From positions 208,444,001 to 208,508,000 of the forward strand of contig OZ024740.1 in the NCBI GenBank assembly GCA_964016885.1: DNA of 64,000 nt, written 5' to 3'. This DNA comes from Eledone cirrhosa (lineage: Eukaryota). Within the stretch, counting starts at the first letter, position 1, and each line of letters opens with the position of its first letter. Below are positions 12,485 through 24,859 of this stretch, piece after piece. The notes under the pieces were generated by a model. It ran no database searches and was not told where the DNA came from. It saw nothing but the letters and a program-made list of their open reading frames with translations. A program made the position numbers and the translations under genes.

Positions 12485-15400
12485 ATGACAGACGTAGCAT
12501 TACCGGCAGAATTTACCAAAGACCATACAATAAATATTCATGGGAACACTTTAATCAATGAACAAGAACAACAGGCTCCACAGCTCCCACCGAAATTTGC
12601 TATCTACAAAAAGAAAAATCCAACCGAATGTAAAACGGAGCTGGAAAAGTGTTTCACAAAAATACGCTGGAATGCGAAAATAAACAACAACAACTATACT
12701 GACAATGACTCTGAGTATAGAAATAACAGCTATAATAGTAATAGTCATAACAATGACAATAGCAGGAGAGTGAGAAATAGTAGCAATAATAATGGTAGTA
12801 ATATTAACGATAGACAGAACAACAACAACAACCACAATAATAATAATGGAAACATCGACAGACACAACAACAACAACAACAACAACAACCACAGTGGTAA
12901 TAATGGAAATAATACGAGTAGCAACATTTATGATAGACACAACAACAACAACCACAGTAGTAATATTGGAAATAATACGAGTGGCAATATTAATGATAGA
13001 CACAAAAACAACAACAAGAAACATAATAATAAAAGTAACAACCACAATGGTAGAAATAACAGTAACAACAACAATAACAATAGAGAAAACAACAACAATA
13101 CATCTAACAATCATAACAATACATCTAGCAATCATAACAATAATAATAATGTTAATGGTAGGAACAATAATAACAATAATAGCAACACACACAACTATGA
13201 TGATAGACATAATGAAAACCCCTTAGAGAAACTATTCTTCAATCCAGCTGACAAAACAAATAAGATGAGTAAAATTTATCCTACGAGGTTACCCTTTAAT
13301 AAAAGGGTTTGTATACCACAACAAATAGATGACGAGACAGAGGCACAGTTCACCATAGCTAGAAATAAGATAAGACAAATAGTAGACCGATATACTAAGA
13401 GACAAAGCAGACCAGAGGTCCAACAACTTGGAAGGAAACCTGTAGAAGGCTTAGTTAGCCTCAAGCAGCGCACAAGGGATGGTGAGGTAGTATGTCTACC
13501 CACGGGTAAGTCTGGTAGGATGTCAATAGACAGCATGCCGAACTACATCAAGGCTATGCAACCCCACATCACCAACACCAGCGAAATTACACAACAAACA
13601 CATGAGGGGAGAGGGAAGATCCTCAACGCTCACATGATGATGTGGACCGACATCCTAAAGCCAAGCAGACGCACTGCCAACAACTTCCAGGCGTCTAACA
13701 ATGACATACCACCCTTGTATGGGATCCGCAAAGACCATAAGACAGTTGAGGACCCGACAACAGGACCACCAACAAGACCTGTATGCGGAGCCAATATCGC
13801 TAGCAACTACAGGATCTCCTACTTCCTCTCAATGGTTATACGCCCCATAATCAAGATGTCCCCAGATGTATGTGACAGTACAGAGAACCTCCTCAGCAGA
13901 ATCAGTGAATGCAACAAAAACAAAAACCTATCTAACTGCATAATAGGCAGAATGGACGTGGTATTACTGTACCCATCCATTAACATTGATTTCGCTGTGG
14001 AAAAATGTGTGGAGATGATCAGTGAGAGTGAGGTGGAGTTCTGCGACGTCGACACAGATGAACTGGGCCTCCTACTTAGACTTACTTACGACACTGACTA
14101 CCTAGACAGCCATGACCTTAGCCGTTTCTGCCCCAGTAGACCCATAAGTGGTATACTCCCCACCATAACCTCAATGGCAAAATAGACTTCCATGGGAAGG
14201 TGAATTGGGTGGACCAAAGTCATACGGACCGCCCAAAACAATGATCAGGTAAGAAAAATGGTCGCGCATGCAATAGAGGCTAGTATTACAACTACCCCAA
14301 AGGGCGACATATTCAAATTCAACGAGAAGATCTACACCCAAAATGAGGGAGCAGCCATTGGCGTCAGCATAGCTGGTGACATTACCAACTTTTTATGGTA
14401 TGGTGGGAAAGGAGACTCAAAGATCTCCTTGATGAGGGCTCATAGACCTCATCATGTACTCTCGTTACGTAGACGATATTAATATAGTAATAACGACACC
14501 CCCACAAGAGAGTACTAACAAGTATGATTTAGAATGTAGCACAATGGAAAGCATCCAGCAGATAGCTAACTCCATACACCAGAGTATAACTGTAACTATC
14601 GACTACCCTTCCAAACACCCTAACAGTAGACTACCTGTATTAGACACGGAACTCTGGATTAACACTATAGACGAGAGGGCCTCCAAATACCTGATACTCA
14701 AAAACTCAGCAATGTCCAGTAGTGCTAAGTTTAATATTCTGATCGCAGACTTGGTACGAGTGATGAAGAATGTGTCCCGCATGTGCGACCCAATAGAAAT
14801 GGAAAGACACATCCAACACTTCATCAACCACAAGCAGTTCTCCGGCTACAGCCAAAGAGACAGAATCAGAGTATACGTAGGAGCCATGGAGAAGTATTAG
14901 ACCCTCATAGAACTGGACATGAAAGGAATTTGCCCATTATACAGGAGCAAATCATGGAATAGCTTAGATAGGGCTAAACGTAAGATAGGGAAAGTCATTT
15001 CATGGTACGACAACCAGAGATACCAGAGTGTCATGTTCGTGGACGCTACCCCTGGAGGGAAATTAGCTAACCAGTGTAGAAAGGCCCTGAGAAAGACCCA
15101 CTTAAAGATTAAAGTGGTAGAAAAGCCAGGAACTACCATAAAATCCCTGATCAGCAAAACATACCCTTTTAAGAAAACCCACTGTACTAATAGGAAATGT
15201 ATTATATGTAAAGTAAACCCCCGGATAAACTGTAAAACTAGAAACGTAGTCTATAGCATAAGATGTACAGAGGGTACTTGCAGAAACATGAAAACAACAT
15301 ACATAGGCGAGACAGCTCGTAGCATAGGAGAAATGATAGACCAACACTGGGGGGAACTAAAAGGACGAAAAAACGGTTCAGTACTATACGAACACGCCAG

Positions 15401-15570
15401 ATAACAACATGACGGTAACATAGACAACATAGAAATTAAAATAGTATCTAAGCATAGAAATGACCAGCAGATAGGCAAATCAGAGAAGCAAGTGAAATAG
15501 AACTTAGAAGGCCAAAACTAAACAGAAAAAATGAATGGAATAACAACAACACCCAAACAAACAATACTGA
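12485..15570 (+). pseudogene. PLE RT plus GIY-YIG endonuclease, disrupted
   Basis: PLYGIRKDHK, RPVCGA, DVVLLYPSI, GAAIG, YSRYVDD, LPVLD, SAM..K, VMFVDATPGG, Cx4CxxC, NVVYSIRC..YIGETARS; several stops and frameshifts. Confidence 0.9.
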
Positions 15571-15826
15571 CCTAAGAGAAGTATAAATAAATAAATAAAT
15601 AAATACATACACAAGCACAATAACAACAAACACATATAAACACACACTAGTAAACTAAGATAGAATAAAATAACCAAAACACAGTCACCCAAACGCGAAC
15701 ACACACCAAACACTATACACACACGCAAACGCATGCGCAGAGAAGACAAAAATAAATAAATGAATAAATAAACAGATAAAATAAAGATGGCGTAGATATA
15801 CAATACAACAGGAGGAACATAATAGC

Positions 15827-15868
15827 ACCACTGACGATGTTGCAGATGTGCAACGAAAGAACTTTGTT
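15827..15868 (+). ncRNA. Hammerhead motif in the PLE 3' pLTR
   Basis: CTGACGA-t-GTTGCA-gatg-TGCAAC-GAAA-gaac-TT; stems I and III weak. Confidence 0.65.
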
Positions 15869-16182
15869 AGACTATATATGTGTGTTTATATCTATATTAT
15901 ATCTGTATTTTTGACCGTTGGTCAGTCAATGGTAAACATTGAGGACCGAAGGAATTAACTGATATAAAAGATACAGAACCGAAAACCAACCAAACAGTGA
16001 ATGTGTTCTGTTATTATTTCTGGCAATACTATTACAACAATATGACCCTCCCCAAGTATATATATATATATATATATATATATGTTTAATTAATATCTTA
16101 ACTGGTGCCATGTAGAAAATATGAAAAAGCTGAAGCAAATTTGATTTTACTATTTTAGATTTATCTTGAAATTTTAGCTCCG

Positions 16183-16657
16183 ACATGGCTGTATACATAC
16201 AAGTATGTGAAGTTCGTATATCTAGTAATATACGGTATGTTTAATAAATAAACATTTGGAAGGCCTAACTATAAATATCGGAAGGCTGACGGCTAGCGCC
16301 GTCTAGCAGATTCCAGCAGAAGCAGCGGGGTATAACTGTCAATGCGTAATTCAGGGTGTGGCTATCATCAGGACAGTGCTTCCCATGCATTCTGCTTGAA
16401 ACAAGCGAAAATATATAATTTTTTCGCCTGTGTAGATGGACTGAAAAGCCTCATTTGCATATGGAGCTGTGTAAGCTGCTCAACTTGAAAGTAGAATTAA
16501 GATTTTACACTATATATACGAAATTCACATACTTGCATGTATACAGCTATGTCTGGAACCCGCTAGAGAGTGCAAGCCTTCCAATATTCATAGCTAGACT
16601 TTCCGAGTGTTTATTTATTAAACATACCGTATATCTCTAGATATACGAAATTCACAT
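16183..16657. repeat. Imperfect inverted-repeat element (MITE-like)
   Basis: 16205-16290 is the reverse complement of ~16570-16657; 16183-16220 of ~16513-16552. Confidence 0.6.
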
Positions 16658-17339
16658 TTATCTTTTTTCAAATACCACATATATAACTTTACATTCAATG
16701 AATTAATCTATAGTCTTTATTGGTCCATTATTTTACATGTTTCACTTCCTTAACTTCCGGTATTGTCGTCTTCAATAATAATACCGGATGTACCTTTCCT
16801 CTGTGACTTCTCTTATTTGCATATATTTGTTCCTCTTCTTTCATTTTTTACTTTATTGTTTTTCATTGAGGATAATTTTTTGCGCTTATCTCTGCCCATT
16901 ATATTCGTATTGTTGGAATGTTCTGGGTTTTGTGTGAAGTCTTAATTTCAGAGTGTTATGTTTTTTAAACCTCCTGATCTTTTCTACTTCAACGTTTGTT
17001 GGTTACCAGGTGATATTTTTGTTTTTATTATATTCATATTGTTACAGTTTACTACAGATTATTTGCGGTTATCTCTATTTATTGTGGCTTGGCTTTCATT
17101 TGACTGACTCTGTTTAGAATCACTGTCTTCCGGTTTTCCTTGGCCGACACAGCTAGTGTTCAGGTGTCTTTGTCCTTCATGACCTTCCAACTGGGTCTGA
17201 GTAAAACAAGCTGGAGAAAGATAAAGATGAGCCACTTTCAGATTACGACGTCGACAGTGTGAGACGCCCTGCTGCTTTTTCAACACTATGAACTGCGTTT
17301 TATATTCCAAGTATCCATTGTCGTTTATCTCTGACATTT

Positions 17340-17452
17340 TCAGAATACTTCCGTAAAAGACCTTTTAATCTCCGTAGATTTCCTTGGGGTTTCTGTAAAT
17401 CTCTCTAAATGTCCTTCTTTATACCTCCGCGATTCACTTCCGGTAACAGTAA
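17340..17452 (-). CDS. Possible terminal host exon (phase 1, 36 codons plus stop)
   Basis: ttttag acceptor; open frame TVTGSESRRYKEG...FTEVF*; unique downstream sequence with AATAAA near 16716; phase compatible with exon 37603-38184. Confidence 0.25.
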
Positions 17453-17694
17453 CTAAAATTATAAATGTTACATCCTGGTGACATTGACAAAATATAAATT
17501 CAAGTAATATATTTAGTGATTGTTAATTGTAATGAACAAAAAATCATAAATTGTGTATCTGTAGATTGATATTGAGGAAAATTGAACTAAAATTTTTGAT
17601 TTACTTAAGTTGATAGAGATGAGTATTAGACAAAATAAAACTATTGACATCAAATAAAACTATTGAACTCACAACAAAAAAAATGATTTATAAT

Positions 17695-17975
17695 TTAGAC
17701 ACAAGGCCTGCAAATCTGGGATAAGGGCGAAGTTGAGTATATAAACCACATTATTTAACTGGTACTTTATTTTATCGACCCGGCACGATAAAAGGTAATG
17801 TTGACTACGGCGGAATTTTAAATCAAAATATAAAGAGCCAAATTTCTCCGAGAATTATGTTAAGGGTGCACACGTCTGTGGAATGCTCAACCACTTGTAC
17901 GTTATTTTTAATGAGCAAGCTGTTCCATCGACTGAAACAACTTGAACAATCGTCGCCGGAACCGACGGAGATCCA
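17695..17975. mobile_element. SINE S1 fragment (minus) adjacent to a SINE S2 3' fragment (plus)
   Basis: Matches S1 core and the tail of 20770-21050. Confidence 0.65.
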
Positions 17976-18121
17976 TCATATATCCGCTACTGTTTTTCGC
18001 TATCTTTTCTGAATGAATTGCTGGCAAAATATTTAGTATTTATGTGTGAGTGTATGTGAGGCGTATTTAGACGGGAATGATTGTCTCGGAGTGGTGATGA
18101 CGAGGTCTCAGTTTCGCATGC

Positions 18122-18206
<85 letters not shown>

Positions 18207-18262
18207 GTGATTCCGAAGGAAAAGCAAAGGGAAAAAAATGTGCTCTATGTATAGAACAGAGC

Positions 18263-18448
18263 TATTTAATTAGAAAGTGAACAACACAAAATATAGCTAC
18301 TCCATTACCAAAGGTTTCTGGATCCCAGAAAAATATTAATATACGACTGGATTCGTCATCAGACAGAGATCCAGATATTAATATAATCTAGGAAACCAGA
18401 AACTTTTGATGATAGAGTAGTTATATTTTGTGTTGTTCACTTTCTAAT

Positions 18449-18452
<4 letters not shown>
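18263..18452. repeat. Fold-back palindrome enclosing a hammerhead
   Basis: ~55-bp inverted arms tatttaattagaaagtgaacaacacaaaatata / tatattttgtgttgttcactttctaattaaata. Confidence 0.85.
18300..18368 (-). ncRNA. Type I hammerhead motif
   Basis: Minus strand: ctctgt-CTGATGA-cgaatccag...ctgggatcca-GAAA-CC ttt GG-TA-atggag; stem I of 6 bp with wobbles. Confidence 0.65.
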
Positions 18453-18484
<32 letters not shown>

Positions 18485-18487
<3 letters not shown>

Positions 18488-18683
18488 CGAAGGAAATGTG
18501 GTAAGGAACCGGGTGGACCATAACGCACCAAAGTACTCAATACTTAGGGTAATAGAGTGGGTAATAGGAACAAGTAAGACCCCGACGGCTGAGCTCAAGC
18601 CGTTTCGACGGCTAATTCTGGACTGAGTCCAGAATTAGCCGTCGAAACGGCTTGAGCTCAGCCGTCGGGGTCTTACTTGTTCC

Positions 18684-18686
<3 letters not shown>
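18485..18686. mobile_element. Family A fold-back element (best copy)
   Basis: Perfect palindrome 18564-18686 centred on ggac-tga-gtcc; GAAA-CGGCT-tgagctc-AGCCG-TC-gggg. Confidence 0.9.
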
Positions 18687-18766
<80 letters not shown>

Positions 18767-18792
18767 GGTTACACAACAGTTAGTTCACCATA

Positions 18793-18832
18793 CCGAGAAC
18801 AATTGTTTCACCTTCGCGGATCTTCAGCTCGG
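18793..18832 (-). ncRNA. Intact minimal type I hammerhead inside inverted arms (18761-18874)
   Basis: CCGAG-CTGAAGA-tccgcgaaggt-GAAA-CAATTG-TT-CTCGG; 5-bp stem I, palindromic stem III. Confidence 0.8.
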
Positions 18833-18937
18833 GATGTGTATGGTATGGTGAACTAACTGTTGTGTAACCACTTCTACCTAACTCGTCCCTTGGACTGAGT
18901 GCTCTACCACTAGTGATATTACTTTCCAGTGTTCCAC

Positions 18938-18971
<34 letters not shown>

Positions 18972-19824
18972 CGCACACACACACACACACACACATACAT
19001 GCACACACACACACATGCATAAGTCTATGCAATATTGTTTATAAACAATGTAATACATGTATGGGGATTTGAGTGAGTAGGTGTATGTGTCTTTGGGGGT
19101 TAATAAGTCTGTGTTTATTTTTGACCGACCACCTTGCCGACAGTGTGTGTATTTACGTACACATGTTCGTACTTGTGTATGTATGTATGTATGTATGTAT
19201 GTATGTATGTATGTATGTATGTATGTATGTATGTATGTGTGTATGTGTGTATGTATGTATGTATGTATGTATGTATGTATGTATGTATGTATGTATGCGT
19301 GTATATATATATATGTGTATGTATGTTCTTCTGGTTTTATAATTTCACAAAGTTTTACCAATAGAGAGAGAGTCGGTTTCTAACATAGACACAAGACTCT
19401 CTTATTGGAATTTACACAACATCAACTAGGTAGATATGTATGTATGTCTGCATGCATGCATGTGTAGATATGGATGTTATTGTATGTGTGGATGTGGATG
19501 TTTTGAGTTGTATGTGTGCATGTGTATATGCTTTGTATCTGTACATGTGTATATGCAGTTATTAGATGCAACATTTTTGGAATCTTTTACATATTTTTAC
19601 TGTTCCATTAATGGATTGTACTTGTAGTTTCCTAACTAGTTGTGTTCTTTCTGTTCCTGTGAAGCCTAGCTTCTCAAGATTTGTATTGAGGCAGTTATTA
19701 ACATATCCCAGTGCCCCAATAATCACAGGCATAAATCTGAAGGTGTGTATGTATGTACGTATGTATGTATGTACGTATGTATGTATGTGTGCTTGTATGT
19801 ATGTATGTGTGTGTATGTATGTAC

Positions 19825-20352
19825 GTATGGTCGGGTCGTTGGTGACTAAACCGGCAACCCCACGAAGTTTACTTGGTGAGGAGGGTGATTTTGGATACCC
19901 TGCAGGACAAAAAAAACAAAACCTGACAAAGTGCGGAAGAACTCATAAGAGTCAACGGCCATCCAAAAGTGTGTAAATATGTATATACACATGTACATAT
20001 GTATGTATATACGCGGGGACATAGAAATAGTCGGGCTGGACACCCGATCGCGCGGTTAAACCACTGGGAGTGAAGGACCCCTAGCCTTTGTCAGGACATT
20101 CTTCTAGCAAAAGGCAACTCAGGAAACTGGGATAACTCCGATATAAAACCTGCGGCTCAGTAGTTACCGATGATGTTGATCTTTTCTTCTTTTCGGGTTA
20201 TAGCTACTGTCGCTCAGAGAGTGGGATTGGCTCAGTTTTTCCTCACTAAAAAATATCTTCACGCACAGGCATTGCACGATAGAATTAATTAATAATTATT
20301 AATAATGGTATATCGTGCAATGGCCATACTCGATAACGAGGGGGCAGCCATC
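19825..20352 (+). mobile_element. Family X non-autonomous retroposon (RTE-like 5' and 3' modules), subfamily 2
   Basis: Shares atggtcgggtcg..gactaaac, gatataaaacctgcg and ggccatactcgataacgag..gcagccatcat with other copies. Confidence 0.7.
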
Positions 20353-20767
20353 ATGTACGTATGTATGTATGTGTGTATGTAGGTACGCACATTCGTGCTT
20401 ATGTATGTATGGATGGATGGATGTATAGTTGCATGGATGTATGTATGCATGTCTATGTGTATGTATGCAAGTATGTATGCATTATATATATGTATGTATG
20501 ATATGATGCATGTATGTAAATATGTATGTATCTGTATATAAATGTATATATGTATGCATGTATGCATGTATTTATGCATGTATATATATATGTATGCATG
20601 TATGTATGCATGCATGCATGTCTATATGTATTTATATATGTATGCATGTATGTATGTATGTATGTATGTATGTATGTATGTATGTATGTATGTATGTTGC
20701 TATATTTGTACGTATGTATGTATCTATTATGTTGGTATATTTGTATGTACGTATGTATGTATTTATG

Positions 20768-21050
20768 TGAAGGCGCCTGGCATGAGTTCGATTCCCGGCG
20801 GTGCGTTGTGTCCTTGAGCAAGACACTTTATTTCACGTTGCTCCAGTTCACTCAGCTGGCAAAAACGAGTTGTACCTGTAATTCGAAGGACCAGCTTTAT
20901 CTCATTGTATCACGCTGAATCTCCCTGAGAACTACGTTAAGGGTACGTGTTTGTGGAATGCTCAGCCATTTGCACATTAATTTCACGAGCAGGCTGTTCC
21001 GTTGATCGTATCAACTGGAACACTCGTCGTCGTAACTGACGGAGTGCCAT
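20768..21050 (+). mobile_element. tRNA-derived SINE S2
   Basis: B-box gttcgattccc, tgtgtccttgagcaagacact core, 3' tail also at 17850-17975. Confidence 0.75.
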
Positions 21051-21399
21051 TACATCATGTATTTATGTATGTGTGTATGTATATGTGTGTGTGTCTATAA
21101 GTGCCTGTATATGTTTATGTGTGTATATGTATGAATGTATACGTCACCTGCGTCTTCCTGTCTCGTGGTTATTATACATAAGTAATCCTGAGGAGTGCGA
21201 TACCAAGGTAACTCAATGGTCGTTTGTTGTGAACGTCCACAGGAGTGTATATAGCGTATGGCGGTATATAGTGTAAGAATGTATATTGTGTAAGAGTGTA
21301 GAGAATAATCTCAGGTATTAAGTGATTAAATGTTGACTTCCTTTGACTGGATTGTCATAACGACTTGGTAATTGAGAAATGTATATAGGAGAGTTGACT

Positions 21400-21800
21400 G
21401 TAGGGAGAAGGAGGGGGTGAGAGGCGGGTGGGAGGTGGAATAGGTGAGGGGGTGGGTGGAAAGTGGATGGGGGAAGGGGAAGGGGAAAGTAGGAGGTGGG
21501 AGAAGGGAAAGAGGAGGGGTAGAAAGAGAGGGGAGAAGGAGAGAGGAGATAGGGAAGAAGAAAGAGAGAAGGGAGGGAGAAGATAAGAGGGAAGGAGGGG
21601 AGATGAGGGCGAGATGAAAGGGAAAGGTGGTGAGGGGAGAGAAAAGATAGAGGAGAGGGAGTAGGAGAGAGCGATGGGGGTGATGTAGAGCGGAGGAGGG
21701 AGAGGGGGGTGAAAGAAGGTCTAGTAGGAAGCAGGGGGAGTGTATAGGAATGGGTGAGGCAGAGAGAGAGGGGGAGAGAGAGCAAGGAAGGAGACGGAGA
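21400..21800. repeat. Polypurine (G/A) low-complexity tract
   Basis: Direct reading. Confidence 0.8.
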
Positions 21801-21884
21801 GCCGTTGTTTGTGGGATTTTGCGGTACAAGTAATTATGTATGTGAACATACCTTTATGTATGCATATATATATTCTATATTCTA

Positions 21885-22361
21885 GGGCGGGTAAAATTCC
21901 CGAGATCCATAGACGAGTTCTCATTATCGCTGCCATGTCCTGTGTCTCCAACAGACCAGTGTCTGTCCTTAGGGCATCAACATACGTTAACCTTGGTCTT
22001 CCTCTTCCAGTGTGTCCGTGTAGGGGCTCCCACAGGAGCACTGAGTGCAATGTCAACTCTGGATGCCGGTGAGCATGTCCAGCTAACCTCAGTCTCCTCT
22101 GTGTCACTTTTGAACTGACTTTTGGGAGGCTCCCATACAGCTCTGAGTTTTTCATCCTCAGTGTATAATGATTAATGTTCAGAGCCCTCCTCAGCATTCT
22201 TGTGTAGCACCCATCCACCATCTGAGTGAGTTTCTAGGTCAGTGCCCAAATCTCAGACCCGTACAGCAGCACAGACTCCACTACAGCAATGCAGTGTCGA
22301 TGAGTGTGGAGCTGAGAATGAATGAGACTAAAACAAAATATCTGGTAGAGAATGTTGAGAA

Positions 22362-22362
<1 letters not shown>
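21885..22362 (-). pseudogene. RTE 3' fragment, with a probable inverted 5' piece
   Basis: DGCYTRMLRRAL, RRLRLAGH, GRGRPRLTYVD on minus; VELRMNETKTKYL on plus at 22300-22362. Confidence 0.75.
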
Positions 22363-22402
<40 letters not shown>

Positions 22403-22437
22403 CATGCACGTATGTATGCATGTATATATATATATAT

Positions 22438-23048
22438 GTCAGGTCACCATGTTGGTGCTACTGGTAACATGTATCCCAGTACAACCTGTCTCATGGTCGG
22501 GTCGTTGGCGACTAAACTGGCAACCCCACCAAGTTTTCTTGGTGAGCAGGGTGACTTTGGACATCCTGCAGGACTAAAAACAAAACCTGTCAAAGGGAAA
22601 AGGAGCTCTTAAGAGTCAATGATCATCCAAAATCACCGGGAGAGGTGACCCCTTAGCCTTTGCCAAGGCAGAATTCTAGGAGAAGGAAAACTCTGATAGA
22701 ACACCTGCAACCCTGATGGTATCCAATGATGTTGACTTGTTCTTCTTTTTGGTAAATATCATCTTGGTTAAGAGAGTGGGACTGGCTTTGTGCAGTGCCT
22801 TTGCTCACTATAAAAGCTTCACAGCACAGGCATTGCTTTATATCTGGAGATCTATCTGCACTTGTCATCACATGGTATCATGATCCCAGCACTATGTGTC
22901 GGTAATTGTCACAAGTGTAGTGTTTGTACCAGAGTTTTCAAGTCGCTGGCTGGACTAAAAAGTCACACTCGTTCAGCGCATCGGGAGGGGTTCTCCTACA
23001 TGGATATAAAGTAGTGGCCGTACTCGAAAACGAGTTGGCAGCCACCAT
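22438..23048 (+). mobile_element. Family X non-autonomous retroposon
   Basis: Near-identical to 30497-31105 and 34995-35410; ctaggagaaggaaaactctga RTE-5'-like motif; microsatellite flanks. Confidence 0.85.
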
Positions 23049-23485
23049 GTATGTATATATGAATGCAGATTTGTATATATATATATGTATGTGTGTATAT
23101 AAGTATATATGTATATATGTATATATGTATATATGTATGTATGAATGTATGTACGCCTGTTTGTATGTATGTGTGGTTAAGTAATGGGAAATGTTTAGCT
23201 TTGCAGGAGATAAGGTAACCTCTCTAGTGTCAGTGCTACAATAAAATACAGTACACTCTGCAAAAGTGGTTGGTGCTAGAAAAGGCGTCCAACCGTACAA
23301 GTAGAAACACTGACAAAATAGAATGTTGAAGTGAGATGTACTCCTTTGCCTAACACAAGGGGACACTAACTATATAGAAGGACTGAGCCAAAACGTAACC
23401 ACGCTTCCAGCCCATGCCACCATGAAATGTGGACGTATAAAGATGATGATTATAGTGGTGTGTGTGTGCTTTGATATAAATATAT

Positions 23486-23577
<92 letters not shown>

Positions 23578-23611
23578 CATATGCACATACATATAGATAT
23601 ATAGATATATC

Positions 23612-23704
<93 letters not shown>

Positions 23705-23724
23705 GTATATATATTTATATATAT

Positions 23725-23875
23725 ATAACAAAGAAGGTGTGGACCATAACGCACCAGAGTACTCGATACTTAGGGTAGTAAAGTGGGTAATGGGAAAAGA
23801 GTCAGGACACCGACGGCTGAGCTCCAGCCGTTTCGACAACTAGATCCGTTCGGGGTCCTGACGATTTTCCCGTAT
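23725..23875. mobile_element. Family A fold-back element, shortened right arm
   Basis: tataacaaagaaggtgtggaccataacgcacc...ccgacggctgagctccagccgtttcgac. Confidence 0.75.
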
Positions 23876-23894
23876 ATATATATATATATATATT

Positions 23895-24480
23895 CCTCGA
23901 CCTCCTAGACAAACATTTTCCCCTTAATCATAGATATAATAGGATATTTAATAGAAATTTAGTCAAAATCAGTTACTCTTGCTGCCCATCAATGAAGACT
24001 AAAATTACCAACTCTAATCGTACGAGAGTAAATCCAGGATGCAGTTTCAGGAAGCCGGAAGAATGCCCATACAGGGTAAATGTAATACCAAATCCATTAC
24101 GTATGAGGCCAAATTGACACCGATGATTAATAACCAGCCAGCCAGGAGTGAACGATATGTTGGCATGACTCAGGACAGATTCAAAACTAGGTATTATGCA
24201 CATGTCGCTTCTTTCAAACACCCTGAAAAAAGAACAGCAACGGCGCTTGCAAATAAAGTGTGGGAGTTCAAAGACAAAAACATTCCGTACACTATTGATT
24301 GGTCTATTTTAGACCATTCAAGAGAATACCAAAGGGACACAAAGAAATGTTCTTTGTGCACTACGGAAAAATTTAGAATTCTCCAAAACTCGAAAGCCCT
24401 TCCACTTGCCTCAACTCTATGACCGAGATCTTCAGATGTTGTCCGCATCTGAATCGCACCTACTTTTAACTGGATTAACA
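23895..24480 (+). pseudogene. PLE 3' fragment (linker plus GIY-YIG)
   Basis: HFPLNHRYNRIFNRNLVKISYSC; CPIQGKC; ITYEA..RYVGMT..FKTRY..H; CSLCTTEK. Confidence 0.85.
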
Positions 24481-24859
24481 TTCCTACGATTGTTCAATCA
24501 CCTTGAGCTTCTCCTTTACTCATCACGCCTTCCACTCACCACGAATATTATTACCTTATGAACTCATACTTCCTACCCATATATACCTTTTCTCCCTCGT
24601 CTCCTTCTATATATCTCTTTATTTTAATCTTTTTCCTTTTATTTTTATCAAATTTGTTTCAGTTGACTTATAATCCCCCCCCCCTACTTTCTAGCTTATC
24701 CTTTACTCAGTTCACTTTTTAACCAGATACTCTTATCTAGATCTCATCACAAACCTTTTACAACATTTTTTTCCCTTACCTGTTCTTAATAATTGTGTTT
24801 ATTATTTTATTTAAATTTTACTCCCCTTTTCTCCTTACTTACCCACTAGGTTTTTTAAT

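Larger units (their letters stand above)
12086..16059 (+). mobile_element. Penelope-like element (Naiad-like) with inverted 5' pLTR copy (12086-12445) and 3' pLTR (~15830-16059)
   Basis: Inverted terminal copies visible directly; RT and GIY-YIG ORF between them; SINE S1 inserted in the left copy at ~12135-12255. Confidence 0.9.

Noticed and set aside
14183-15830. Selenoprotein recoding (UGA plus SECIS) in the Naiad-like PLE
   Set aside because: The visible interruptions are TAG/TAA or frameshifts, and I saw no convincing SECIS in the 3' UTR
16330-16375. CTGATGA on minus as a hammerhead core
   Set aside because: No properly placed stem II plus GAAA
20768-20830. tRNA gene
   Set aside because: B-box only, continues into a SINE body; no cloverleaf
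21186-21245. CTGAGGA as a hammerhead core
   Set aside because: No GAAA or stem III downstream
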